Shown here piece after piece: positions 21,601 through 33,503 of a stretch of 64,000 bases of DNA (its first letter is position 1; every line of letters starts with the position of its first letter). The stretch is from Marsupella aquatica (lineage: Eukaryota; Plantae; Marchantiophyta). The position numbers and the translations under genes are program-made. A model generated the notes under the pieces. The model saw only the letters and a list, made by a program, of their open reading frames with translations, did no database searches and was not told where the DNA came from. The stretch spans positions 28,234,307 through 28,298,306 of the forward strand of contig OZ316892.1 of NCBI GenBank assembly GCA_973895155.1, read 5' to 3'.

Positions 21601-23502
21601 ATTTGGACCTGTGCAAGGAGGCCAAAAACAATGGACTTAATGGAGTTGATTTTCACTAAGGAGGAGCAACAGAAGTTCAAGTTTGTCTTTACTCAAGAAG
21701 ATACCTTTGATAGTTGCATCCAAAGGCCAGATATAACAGATGGGAAGGCCAATTTACTTCTGAAGAATTTGCAAACCATTTGGGACCGTTTTCCAGAAAA
21801 ATATGATGCTTCTAATATAGTTCTTATTGATGATTCTCCATTGAAGGCATTTTTGAATTATGACGTGAATGGATTGTGTCCAAATCCATTTACTCACACA
21901 GCTTCAAATGACACTTTTTTGCCCGAGATATTATGGCCGTATCTTTGCAAATTGAGAAAGGCTTACTGCGTTCAACATTATATCACTGTCAACAATCCAA
22001 AGTGGTCTGTTTTCAATTTATTAACAAGCAAGGGGATCATGCTGCCATCTATGCTCTTTTGGAACAGAAGTGGGGAGATTGTCGTTGTATCCATAGGGAG
22101 TTTGGAACCATCTTGGATGTGACTCCTGAAGAGATTCCTTGGGACGGAAAGAACGAGGTGCAGCATTACCCACCACTGGAGACGTGGACCACGGATGAGA
22201 TCAAAGAAACTGCAAACGTAATAGTTGGAGACAACTATTCTGGTCCTCATACACAAAATAGAAGGCATTTTATTTGGAAAGTTCTCAGAACTAGGGATCT
22301 CACCAATAAGTTTAAGAACCACCATGCGAGAGATACTTGCAACCGTGACATCCGCTATGATAAATCAGGAAGCAGACTTTCTTGTTCAAATGAGTTTTGT
22401 CTTGATCATTAGGAGATAGGGTTGCTCTAGTGCCTACCCTGAATTGTACATTCATATTATGTCTTGAAAGGATATGTTTTGAACATGTAGGATAAAGTAA
22501 ATAATTAGGATATATGCTTAGTGTGAGGCTCTCTCACTGGACTGGACAATTTAATAATTATATAGTGGGTCAATCTCATTTTGACCCTTGATTTATGACC
22601 ATCTATATTTTTTAATTTATAGATGGTCTGAGTGGTATTGGCCTCTGATTTTTGGACTAAATTAAATTACTCTAATTTTTAAATTAATTAGAATATATGA
22701 TTTAAGTTATTATTAAACATTTGGGTGAAAAAAAACAAAATTTTGGGCATTCAAAAGTGTATATTTGGGCTGAAAAAAATTAGCTTTTGGGAATGCTTTA
22801 ATAGAAATTTGGCCTGAACAAAAATAACTTTAGGGTTCATCTTATGGACTTTTAAAAGTACAGTTTTAATGAATATAGTGATAGTTTAGAAAAAATGACT
22901 TAGTATAATGATTAACCTAGAACCAAACAAAGTAAGCTTGCTTATTCATGTTCCTTCCTTTGATTACATACGGTGCGCAAGGGTTGTTCACATCCTATTA
23001 TTAGCAGGTAAGAGTTGGCAAAAAGCAATTCAAAGACTTCAGGATTGTTCCCTTTCTATGGGGTTTCACAGATTTCCCCATAGTTTAAAAAAACAATGAG
23101 GCTCACAATGCAAACAAGGTTTGAACCAGGGACATCTCTTGCGCGCCCCACTCTCACACTCTACTGCCAGCCCATGGCAAGCTGGATGAGAATACCGGTC
23201 GAGATATTGGTATTTTCCATGTATTTAGCTTCATTTTGCAGGCATCAAACCTGTATCAACCGGCTGATGGCAACCACCACTTGCACAACAGACAACATTT
23301 AATGCCATTTGCGTGACTTACAGAAGGAAATTTTATTCCACCTTGAAACAGATGCTAGTAAGCTACATCCATTGGCATTTGATCTTGGATCTCGTGTGCA
23401 CGTTATTGTAAGTTGCACACATGGAAATAAACCCAAGTTTTCTTTTATCCAGACACATTTATCTGCCATTAGGTCTTCCTAAATTCAGGAGGACTGTCAG
23501 CT

Positions 23503-23865
23503 TGTTAGGATTTACTCTTAGGTCTAGAGTTGCGACTGTACCATAGTTAAGGCTAACCTTAGTCGCAGACTTGGTTAGGTTAGTCATGCTGTGCACACTC
23601 TATAACCAAGCGGTGTTTGCTTGGAAAGTGGGAACTCAGGCTCATTGTTACGGAGCTAGTTATTGTTACGGAGCTAGTTGAGAGATAGAGAGAACTTGCG
23701 CTGTGGATGCTGGGTATGGCTGGTCGGCCTAGAGTGCAGTAAAGCTCATGTGTGTTCCCGTGGACGTAGCCTCATGTGGAGGTGAACCATGTATCTCCCT
23801 GTGTCGACTCTTGTGCGTTGGATGGTTCATGGGCTTGTCGTTGCGATTGTCATCTATGCTCAACA
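23503..23865 (+). mobile_element. Solo LTR (TG...CA), same family as 41547-41889
   Basis: TGTTAGG...TATGCTCAACA ends; colinear with the second copy; degenerate 5-bp flanks CAGCT/TAACT. Confidence 0.8.
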
Positions 23866-24539
23866 TAACTTTAGCAATTAACTCCATCATCAAAATAATG
23901 TTTGGCACACTTAGTCCAAAAAATCATATTTTTATTTTTTAATACAGTTATCTTCCTATGTTTTTAAGGAGGACTATCAGATCAGACAATGAACCCCATC
24001 CCAAAAGAGGGCCCACTTTCTCCACAACCACTGCTCGGGCCACTGCTGAAATAGCTCAAAAAATAGTCTCCCACAAAGTTCTTGTCAAGCTTGATCCCCT
24101 CTCCCTGGACAAGGCTCAGCCTGGGCACTATCACAAATATTTGAATAAGGTAACTCGGGTAATCCCATTCACCTCCTATTATAACTCTCATACTCAGATA
24201 ATCTGTGATTCTAAATGAGTTGTAGACCAGGACCATAGACCAATGCTGCTGCACAAGATAAAGTTGTCAGATAAATGTGATACGAAAATGAGACATGAAG
24301 TTTGGAGGATTGTACATTTACAAAGAGTTATTCAAGAATCCAATTTCATTCGCTTCTAGTCCTGTGTCCACTTACAAAGTTATTCAAGAATCCAATTTCA
24401 CTCACTTCTAGTCCTTCCAAGCATTAAATCAGATATAAAGGACGGGTCCACAACTAATCTAAATTCTAAATGTACAACCTGAATAACAACACACGTGAAA
24501 TAATGTCCTATTGATGAGAGGAGAGTGGGAAGGAAGGCC

Positions 24540-27000
24540 ATGTTTTCTGAACAAACCAGAATAAAACTGAATACACCTCTTGACATGATATATGGTAGTG
24601 AGACACGATCTGAACGGTATAGATCGGGTTGGAGTTGTACGTACAATATCTTTAAACCACTTAAAGTAACATCTCCTTGATTTTGACAAATGTGACAATG
24701 GGGTCTAGGGCCTGCTAGGTTTTTGAACAAACGAGAATAAAACTGAGTACACCTATTGACATGATAGATAGACGTGATAAACAACCTGAACTAAGGGTGT
24801 ATAAGGGCCTTGACCTCAAAGGTATATCAGGGGTTTAGAGCTGTACATACAGTCCTTAAACCTTATCATGTTACATCTCCTTGATTTTTGAAATGTGACA
24901 ATGAGGTTTGGGGCGGACTCAGTTTTTTGAACAAATGAGAATAAAATTGAGTACCCTTGGTACGGCGTCTCAAAGCTTCAATCAAATCTGATGGACCTGA
25001 ACTTAGTAGTTAAGGTTACTGACAGAAAAGTTATGGACTACGAACTTTGTAGTCCTTAACTTTTTACAATAAAGATTGGTCATATGTCATCATTATGTAA
25101 GTCACTGTAGAGGTTAGTGAGAAAAAAATCAAAAAGCTTTTACATAACCGTGTGAAAAGTTACGGCCATTTGTTTATGACCAAAAGTTTTCATTGCAACT
25201 TTGAAGCTTTGAGATGCCCTATCAGCATGATACAAGACAAAAACTCAAGCATGTTCCAGGATGAACATGCTATATCGGGTACACTACCTGAAGGGTATGA
25301 TATAAGAGGTTTGTTAAAGGTATATAATGGGTTTGAGTTGTATGTACTACAGCATATAAAGTAACATCTCCTTTATTTTGACAAATGTGAGGTTTGGGGC
25401 TGCCAGGTGTTTTGAACGAAAGCGAATAAAAATGTAGACATGATACTAGCTAGCCTGATTACCCCATTCCTTTAACATACATAGAGATGAGAAGAGGAGC
25501 AAGAAACCTTTTCAAAAAATTAATCCCCCTTATTTCCTGTTTGTCTTTTCCCCATCCCTGTCTGCACCCTCACTTTCGATCAGTTATGCCCTCACTTAGA
25601 TTTCCAGTCCACAGGCTTCTCTCTAGACAGTAGACTCACGCTCAATTTCAGTTATGATCTCACTCAGAGTTACCGTCTGGTGTCTTCTCTCTGGACATTA
25701 GGCCCACCCTCATTTTCAGTTATGCCCTCACTTTCAGTTATGCTCTAGAGTTACTCTAGACTTTCAGTTAGTTATGCTCTAGAGTTATTCTAGACTTTCA
25801 GTTATGCCCTAGAGGCTTCACTCTAGACAGTACACCCAAGAAGTACCTTTGGATTAGGCTTTATTGGTTAGACATGGTCAGGATAAAAGACCTACAGGGT
25901 ACATGAGGGGTTTGACCTCAAAGATAGATAAGGCGTTTGAGCTGTATATACAGTCTTTAAACCATATAAAGTAACGTCTCCTTAATTTTGACAAATGTGA
26001 CAAAGAGGTTTGGGCCTGCCAGGTTTTTTGAACAAACGAGAAGATAACTTTATTGTACCTAGCCTGAGGGGTATGAGGGGTTTGAGTTGTATATACGGTC
26101 TTTAAACTGTATAAATAAGATCTCCTTGACTCAACAAATGTGACATGCAAAGAGATTTGGGGTCTGCCAGATTTTTTGAGCAAACCAGAATAAAACTATA
26201 TTGTACCCGAAGGGTATAATATGTGGGGTTTGACTAGTATATACACTCTTTAAACCAACTAAAGTAAGATCTCCTTGATTTTGACAAATGTGACTATGAG
26301 GCTTGGGGCCAGCCACGTTTTTGGACCAAACGAGAATAAAACCTTATCATACCTGAAGGGTATTATGTGAGGGTTTGAGTTGTACACACAGTGTTTATAC
26401 CATACAAAGTAAGATCTCCTTGATTTTAACAAATGTCATAAAGAAGATAGGGGCCCGCCAAATTTTTTGAACAAACGAGAATAAAACTCTTTTATCCTTG
26501 AAGGGTATAATACGAGGGGTCTGAGTTGTATATACAGACTATAAACCATATAAAGTAACATCTCCTTGATTTCTGACAAAGTGACAGAGTATAACAAACG
26601 AGAATAAAAGTATATTATACCCTTGAATATCTATAATATGAGGGGTTTGAGCTGTATGTACAGTCTTTAAACCATATAGAGTAACATCTCCTCGATTCTG
26701 ACAAAGTGACAGAGAGGGACAAAACGAGAATAACACTATATCATACCCTTTGGGTACATATAATATGAGCGGTTTGAGCTGTATATACAGTCTTTAAACC
26801 ATATAAAGTAACATCTCCTTGATTCTGACAAACTGACAAAGAGGAACAAACGAGACTGAAACTATATTATTACCCTGTGGGTACAATTATACAATATGAT
26901 GGGTTTGAGCTGTATGACTGTATATACAATCCTTAAAACCAAATGAAGTAGCATATCCTTGATTTTGAGAAATGTGACAAAGGGTTTTTGGGGCCTGGCG
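24540..27000. repeat. Degenerate ~120-bp tandem satellite, interrupted by insertions
   Basis: Recurrent TTTGAGCTGTATATACAGTCTTTAAACCATATAAAGTAACATCTCCTTGATTTTGACAAATGTGAC...AAACGAGAATAAAAC. Confidence 0.9.
24963..25219. mobile_element. MITE-like insert with TA flanks (Tc1/mariner-type geometry)
   Basis: GGCGTCTCAAAGCTTCAA / TTGAAGCTTTGAGATGCC inverted ends (1 mismatch); TA at 24961-24962 and 25220-25221. Confidence 0.6.
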
Positions 27001-27714
27001 GGCCCTCACTAAACTGGAACTTTAGTTAGGTTTGGGTCCTGTTATGTTTGGTGCCTGTCAGGAGCCCATCATTAAACCCAATGAGGAGGATGGTTGTTCA
27101 TGCATGCAAGGCTGCAGCGAAGCACTGACTGCCAAGCTGCTGCTGCTGATTAAAACCCCAATTGACGAAACTTGTTGACTGTATTGTACACTATTCACAT
27201 GACGGAAGCATTGATTGAGTTCCCAGATCACACCTTGCTCGCCTTCTTCGCAGCTGCCATCGGTGCCATACCTGCCGGAAACGAATGATCGATCGACCCA
27301 AGATCATAATTATGCCATCGCCGTCCTTCACACAACTTACAAGTATGCGTTACTCAGTACATACATCATGCATAACAATCCGCCCACAGTCGAGTACATT
27401 TGACTTGAGAAGCGCTGCTTTGGAGCGATGGTTTTGACTAAACTGTTGGGGAGTTTCTCATAAGTCAGGCCCGCTCCTCCCAAATTGCAGGAATTTGAGG
27501 ATTCTGCTTGAGTTTTAATGGCGGTCAGCCGCTGTCTTGTCTGCCAAGCGGGCCACTGAACTGTCCCTGACTTGGGTTTTTGAATCCCGATCCCTTCAAC
27601 GGTGCTCCAGCTTTTAATTTGAACCTGTCCGTTCTTCTTAGACTTGGAGCGGAGGTAATCGTCATTCAGCTGGAACGTACATTGAATTCTGTTGAGCTGA
27701 AGTGAATTGCAGTG

Positions 27715-30700
27715 ATGGAGCAGCTACGAGAGCTCCACAGAGCTTGGGGAGAGGCACCGTCAGTCGGAATCCAGATCAAGTCGCAACTAATGATGCAGCG
27801 GGTGTTCAGCGTACCTTCGCTGGGATTAGTGGCGGCACTTTTCCTGATTTCGTGGGTATGGATGCACCGGTATCACCAGCGACAGTGCATCGGGCCGAAG
27901 ACGTGGCCCATATTTGGAAACTTTTTGGAACAAGCGGCGAACTTCGATCAGCTCCATGACTGGCTGCTTTATTACTTCCACCGGGGATGTCTCACATTCC
28001 ACGTACAGAAATTCGGGATCAGGAACACTTTCACAGCTGATCCGAACAACGTGGAGCATATATTGAAAAACAACTTCGCCAACTACCCAAAGGTACGCAA
28101 ATTCACGTCAGCTACAAAGGTGGACAGTTCTTAGGCATGCTAGCTTGCTTTTCAGGAATTGTTTCAGTTTCGTCTAAATCGAGGAACGAAGCGGGGAACG
28201 AAGTTCACTGGTGTCGAGCGTTCAGTTCCCCTTACTGAAGAAAGGATCTACTTCTAAAGCGATCGATTGGGATGAAGGAGGCATGCTGACCGGCAATCCT
28301 GAGTCGAGGTGTCGAAACCAGATAGCAAGCTCAACTTGTCTTTTCTCAAATTTCCCATTCCGAAGCAGCTCATCCGTGTTAACAACTTCACTCTTCGAAC
28401 GAATCTTGATTATCTATTGTTCATGTTGCAATAAATCAATATTATAACATCGTTTCAAAGAATGCCTTTGGAGGAGTCCACCACGCAAACTGTCAACTGT
28501 CGAGCTCCGCATACCTGGAATCCTTCGATCAAGCATCAAATGCACAAAAGGGACTCTACAGCACTGATCATTACGATCGTCGTTGCCTTCGCTGGCTGCT
28601 GTAGGCTCGATCTAGCAAGCAGAGAACTTTCATACAGACTGGTCTAGCATAGCGCCACATGCGGCTTGCATGTGGTGTCGAGAAGGTTGGACGTACAGCT
28701 GAATTCTAGAATTGTCCTAAGCACATTTCTTCAGTCTGTTTCTTGGGATCAACAGAAGGAAGTTCCGGCACTACAGAGAAATTTCGCGTTTGCTGCTGCT
28801 TTCTGGCGTCTCGGTTAGATATACAACGAAAGATTAGCTGTGTGACATAACGTACACTATCATCTGTACTCTGCCCGTTCGATCTCATTTCAGTGATAAG
28901 AATATATTCAAATGGACCAGCACTTGGACAATTATGCGTGTTCTCCTGCGATTAGTTTCTCGCAGAGGAAATTCAAAAACCTTGCTTTCATTCAATCCCA
29001 AACTTAGCTCAGCCTCACATCAATGTTCGCAAGAAGGCGATTTAGCTAGCTGTGTGATGACTACAATGCCGCTAAGTTTTAAAAGTTAAGGGGAGACCTG
29101 GTTGGTTGATCATGATACACAGGGGGCGAGAATGATAGATCAGTTCACAGACTTGATGGGGGATGGAATCTTCAACGTTGATGGGGATATGTGGAAACAT
29201 CAGCGCAAGGTGGCATCAGTAGAGTTCTCGTCGTCAAAGCTTCGTGATTACAGCGTCCATACTTATCGAGAACAAGCACTTAAGCTAGTGCAGGTCCTCG
29301 CAATTGCTTCCTCGCGTGGGCAGCCTGTCGATATGCAGGTAAATACTGCACCAAATCGCGTGTTCTTGAATTGTTTCTGCTCAATTATCAATTGATATGC
29401 ATAAATAACTCAGACAGATCATCCTTGTTCAGTAAATGACTCTCTCTCTTTCTCTTGTTCCTTTGCTGTGTGGCTTTTCGCTCATGGAACTTTTGTGCAG
29501 AGCATAGTCTCCACGGATCTTCAATGCCTTCATTCATTCAGTCACTCATTAATCATCATGTTTATGCAGAATTATTTCATGCGACTCACATTAGACTCGA
29601 TCTGCAAATTAGGGTTTGGAGTAGACATCGGTTCCTTGACACCTGAGCTTCCAGCTCTGCCTTTCGCCACCGCCTTCGACCGCGCTAACGTTCTGATTGT
29701 GAGGCGGTTCGTCGACTTGTTTTGGAAGATCAAGAAAACCCTGAATATCGGCTCTGAAGCGCAGCTAAGAAGTTACCTTAATGTGATGGACACTTTCCTC
29801 TACAACATGATTGACAACCGCAGACGAGAGCTGCAAAACGATCAAAAAAAGGAGGTGCTGCATACTTCTGTTGTTCACTATCTTGGGAAATTTAGCTCCA
29901 TTCATCCCGTTTCAAGAAATTCAACTCATTGTATTGCTGGTTCCCTTCAGGAAGGTTGGTGAGGAGTAACGTTGTTATAGTTTGCGCGAATCACAAGTTA
30001 GCAAGTCTCGATCCACAGCATTAGAAGAAAACAGAAAAAAATACTAAAGAAGTGAAGACCCGTGAGCAAATTAAGCATACAGATATTGGCATCGATACAA
30101 CAGTGACAATTCTGTCTGCTTCCAGTGATGGGAAAAGGAATACCGTATTGAAGCTGTTCATTCTACTAATTCACTCTGTCCTGTACAATGGGCTTCGTAA
30201 GTTATACGAAGTTTGAGCAATGGTGTGGAATTTCACAGTAGAACTCCTCTTCGTTATGTACAGTGATCTACCCTCTAAATCCTTTCCATGATTGTGTCAA
30301 GACAGGACTCATAGATCATGCAAATGCGGTCAATGTGCAGGGAAGGGTCGACATTCTGTCGCGTTTCATGTCGTTCACCGACGGGGAGGAAGCGTACAGC
30401 TATACGACCTTACGTGATGTTCTCATCAACTTTATCATCGCTGGCAGGGACACGACGGCCCTCACTCTCTCCTGGCTCTTCTACGAGCTATGCAAGAGCC
30501 CTCATGTGGTGGAAAATATACTCTCTGAGCTGAAAATTGTTTTGGAAGAACAGCAAACAGAGGAGGACGTCACTGATTTCTATTCTCCGGGATTTGGCGC
30601 CAAAGTCGTTGCGTTCTCAGAACGGCTCACTTACCAAAATTTAGGCAAGATGCAGTACCTTCATGCCGCCGTAACTGAGGCTCTCCGTCTCTACCCAGCA

Positions 30701-32724
30701 GTGCCCCTAGTGAGTGCTCACTTTCACTCTGCTGCATTCACTCTTCCTTATAAACTTCTGTTTTGTACTCAGAATATGTCTACTGTTTACTTCCTTCCGA
30801 GGACGGTGATCAGGTGGTCTACTCAGAAACTTGGCGCAGAAAAGTGTGCAAGTACTGACATAACTATTATTGGGAGTGAGACATCTTAGGATTGTATCAC
30901 GCGACTGTCCACTGCTGTGAAGATGCTGTTGAGGGAAGACCTGGCTGCTCGTATTCAAAGTTTTTTGGGTGTCCTTTTGAGCAGCTGGACCTTTTGAGGG
31001 CAATGAAAGTTTGGTGTTGTACAGTTATTAATGAGATTAAATAGTCACTCTACTGACAGTCGCAAGCATATGTGACAGCGTGGGAAGGCTCTTCCTTATA
31101 ATAACCAAGAAATTAATGATCATACGCAGTTAAATACACCTCATGGTCGACCAACGAAGGTCTACATTCCCATCTCCATCAGAAGGATCTAATTGAATTA
31201 ATTTCGAGTGCGCAATGCCATCTGTGTTCCATGAATCACAACTTTGCCTGATCAGTGCAACAAAAACTAATACGAAGGAGCTGTACGCAATTTATGTCAA
31301 CTACACGCTTTGTATGAACGCAGGAGACAAAAGAGGCAGCAGGAGATGACACCTTGCCTGATGGCACACAAATTAGGAAAGGACAGTTGGTTAGCTTCAG
31401 TCCTTATTCAATGGGGAGGCTGAAATCCATTTGGGGTCCGGATGCAATGGAGTTCAAGCCCGAGCGGTGGCTCAAGAACGGCGTCTTTCAGACCCAATCT
31501 CCCTTCAAGATGACCGCATTCCAGGTTTGCACCTCTTCTTTTGGAAGCATCTCTCCTTCATCACACCAATCTTGCCTGTCTCCTCCTGCAATAGTAGGAC
31601 CTTACAAGAGTACGTTGAACTGCAATTTTACGACGAGTCAACAGTCCACAGCCTAAATAACACTTCTATCTAAGCTGATACTACAGTACTTGCTGAAGAT
31701 GCGGACATCCAACCTTACTTATGTCACTACTACCAAAGACTTTCTCTGCTGAGACACACTATGTGTACACCATCCTTTCGTGTTCGGTTTGAAGGACCCG
31801 TATATTGTACTTTAACGAATAAGCATGTGTACATTCTTCCCGGCTTGCTGATAACCTTTAGCTCATCCATGGAACATTTTATTTCATTCGTGTCTATGCT
31901 GAAGAATTAAAAACAATGCGCTTGACAGTGTCTCTGCCTAATACATCTTTTGCAAGGAATGTATGCAAGGCTGTGCATTGCTAGTGATCTACTTCATCCA
32001 GGCTCTTGCCCAGTTCTCAGCCCCTGTTTTTCAGACTTGAGAATATAGCTTCCTTAGATTCCTGTCACGAGACTTGCCTGGCCTCTCCAGTACAGATAAA
32101 CCCTACTTCACGAGGTACCTCATTTGATCAGACACACTACCCTTGCCTTTGAGCTGTTACCTTAGTACGGTATACTACTAGGATCGATCTTCCAAGGGAC
32201 CTGAGCGAGCAGCTAGCTGGATTGCAAACTCATCGTAGAGGGGAGTGGAAAATAATACATTAAGCATCTCCCGTGCTGGGAACAACCTGCCACATTGCTC
32301 ACCATGAGCTGAAGCAGAAAGCACAGAAACAATAAAACCAATCGTGAGTAATCATGCTGTGATTTACAAGAATGTATATCCTAGAAACCATTGTGTGACC
32401 TCTGGTCCCCCAAAATACCTTACTTGACCTTACCGTGGTCCGATTGAATCTCATTGACCATCTCCTCTGTCGCCTGTGCTGTGCTGTGGTGCATGTTTGT
32501 ACCGACTACTAAATCCACTGTGATCGATCATCATGAATCAGGCCGGCCCGAGGATATGTCTGGGGAAGGACTCGGCGTACCTGCAGATGAAAATGACCAC
32601 GGCCATTCTCCTGCGGTTCTTCAAATTCGACCTGGTGCCCGGCGACGCACCACCTCGCTACGCTGTGATGCTCGTTCTCTATATAGCCAACGGCATCCGA
32701 CTCAGAGTCTCCCGGGGATCATGA
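27715..32724 (+). CDS. Cytochrome P450, CYP86 clan, CYP704-like fatty-acid omega-hydroxylase (6 exons)
   Basis: Exons 27715-28092, 29123-29338, 29570-29854, 30341-30709, 31324-31524 and 32542-32724; AGRDTT, EALRLYPAVP, FKPERWL and heme motif FQAGPRICLG. Confidence 0.93.
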
Positions 32725-33146
32725 AAGGAACGAAACTGATCTCCATTTCCAATCCCTAGTTAGCAGCACTAAATATTATAAGCTGGAGATCTCTTTTCAA
32801 ATAATACAGAGATGCCCAGCATGACGAATATGATATATACGGGAGGCTCTCAATCACTGGATGGCTGTTGGGCATGGCCCGATGGGTGACGGGCAATTTA
32901 ACTAGAGCAGTGAGATGAAGAAAGAGTCCCCTCTGATTAATGAATAAAGTAGAATTCAGATAGAGCTCCAGTTTAGAGGTAATTTCCTGTATTGAATAAG
33001 AAAGCTTGAATGTCTTGAATAAAGTCGTGAAGATTCTGTTTCACTGTTCGTACTTAGTTGTGAACAGTTCAGTCGACTAGAATGGGAGAAACTTTGTCAG
33101 ATTGAATGAAGTACTGTGGATCCTGTGTATGTTAATGTGGTTGTGA

Positions 33147-33281
33147 CTAGTAATAGCCCGCCACAATCTCAGAAACTTCTGGTTGGAACTGTGAAGTTTC
33201 TGAGATTGTGGGAGGGTAGCTGTTTGGCATTGGAATAGTCTCAACCATTTGGAATTCCAAATGCTAGACAGCTAGCCTCCC
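33147..33281. other. Two abutting hairpins between convergent genes
   Basis: Perfect 19-bp stem CCACAATCTCAGAAACTTC/GAAGTTTCTGAGATTGTGG (33161-33211) and an imperfect ~27-bp stem at 33210-33281. Confidence 0.8.
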
Positions 33282-33503
33282 TCCATAGAGTATAACAGAA
33301 TGGGGGTGCCCAAATACGTATCCTGTGCATCTCATAATTCAGGAAACCTTTTCGGAAGAACATGTATGTGGGTAATATCTAAAAAATGTATGTATAATGA
33401 ACGATCCACTTTTGCTCAAAGTGTTTTGACAGAATAGTTCAGGAAAGTACTACTACCGAGGTAGAGAAACCTATTCATACTACTAACTCAGATTTATCTG
33501 GAG

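Larger units (their letters stand above)
15941..22412 (+). pseudogene. Transposon cargo gene: ParB/DGQHR-like + beta-class N4/N6 DNA methyltransferase-like + FCP1/SCP-type HAD fusion (5 exons, ~1,685 aa)
   Basis: Phase-compatible GT-AG exons 15941-16109, 16877-18405, 18740-20969, 21091-21180 and 21374-22412. Motifs FLAISGQHSARAA; KPKCMLQSIIEFFSAEGETILDFFSGG; KLLVLDLNK..RPYLHEFL..VAIWT..LLKNL..VLIDDSPLK. In-frame stops at 18833-18835 and 20138-20140 and a frameshift at ~22020. Confidence 0.72.
10017..22882. mobile_element. ~12.9-kb cut-and-paste DNA transposon with a Sola-like transposase and a cargo gene
   Basis: Perfect TIRs ATCACTATATTCATTAAAACTG (10017-10038) and CAGTTTTAATGAATATAGTGAT (22861-22882); AGTT on both flanks (10013-10016 and 22883-22886); ATTTGGG-type subterminal repeats at both ends; encloses a transposase. 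Confidence 0.85.
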
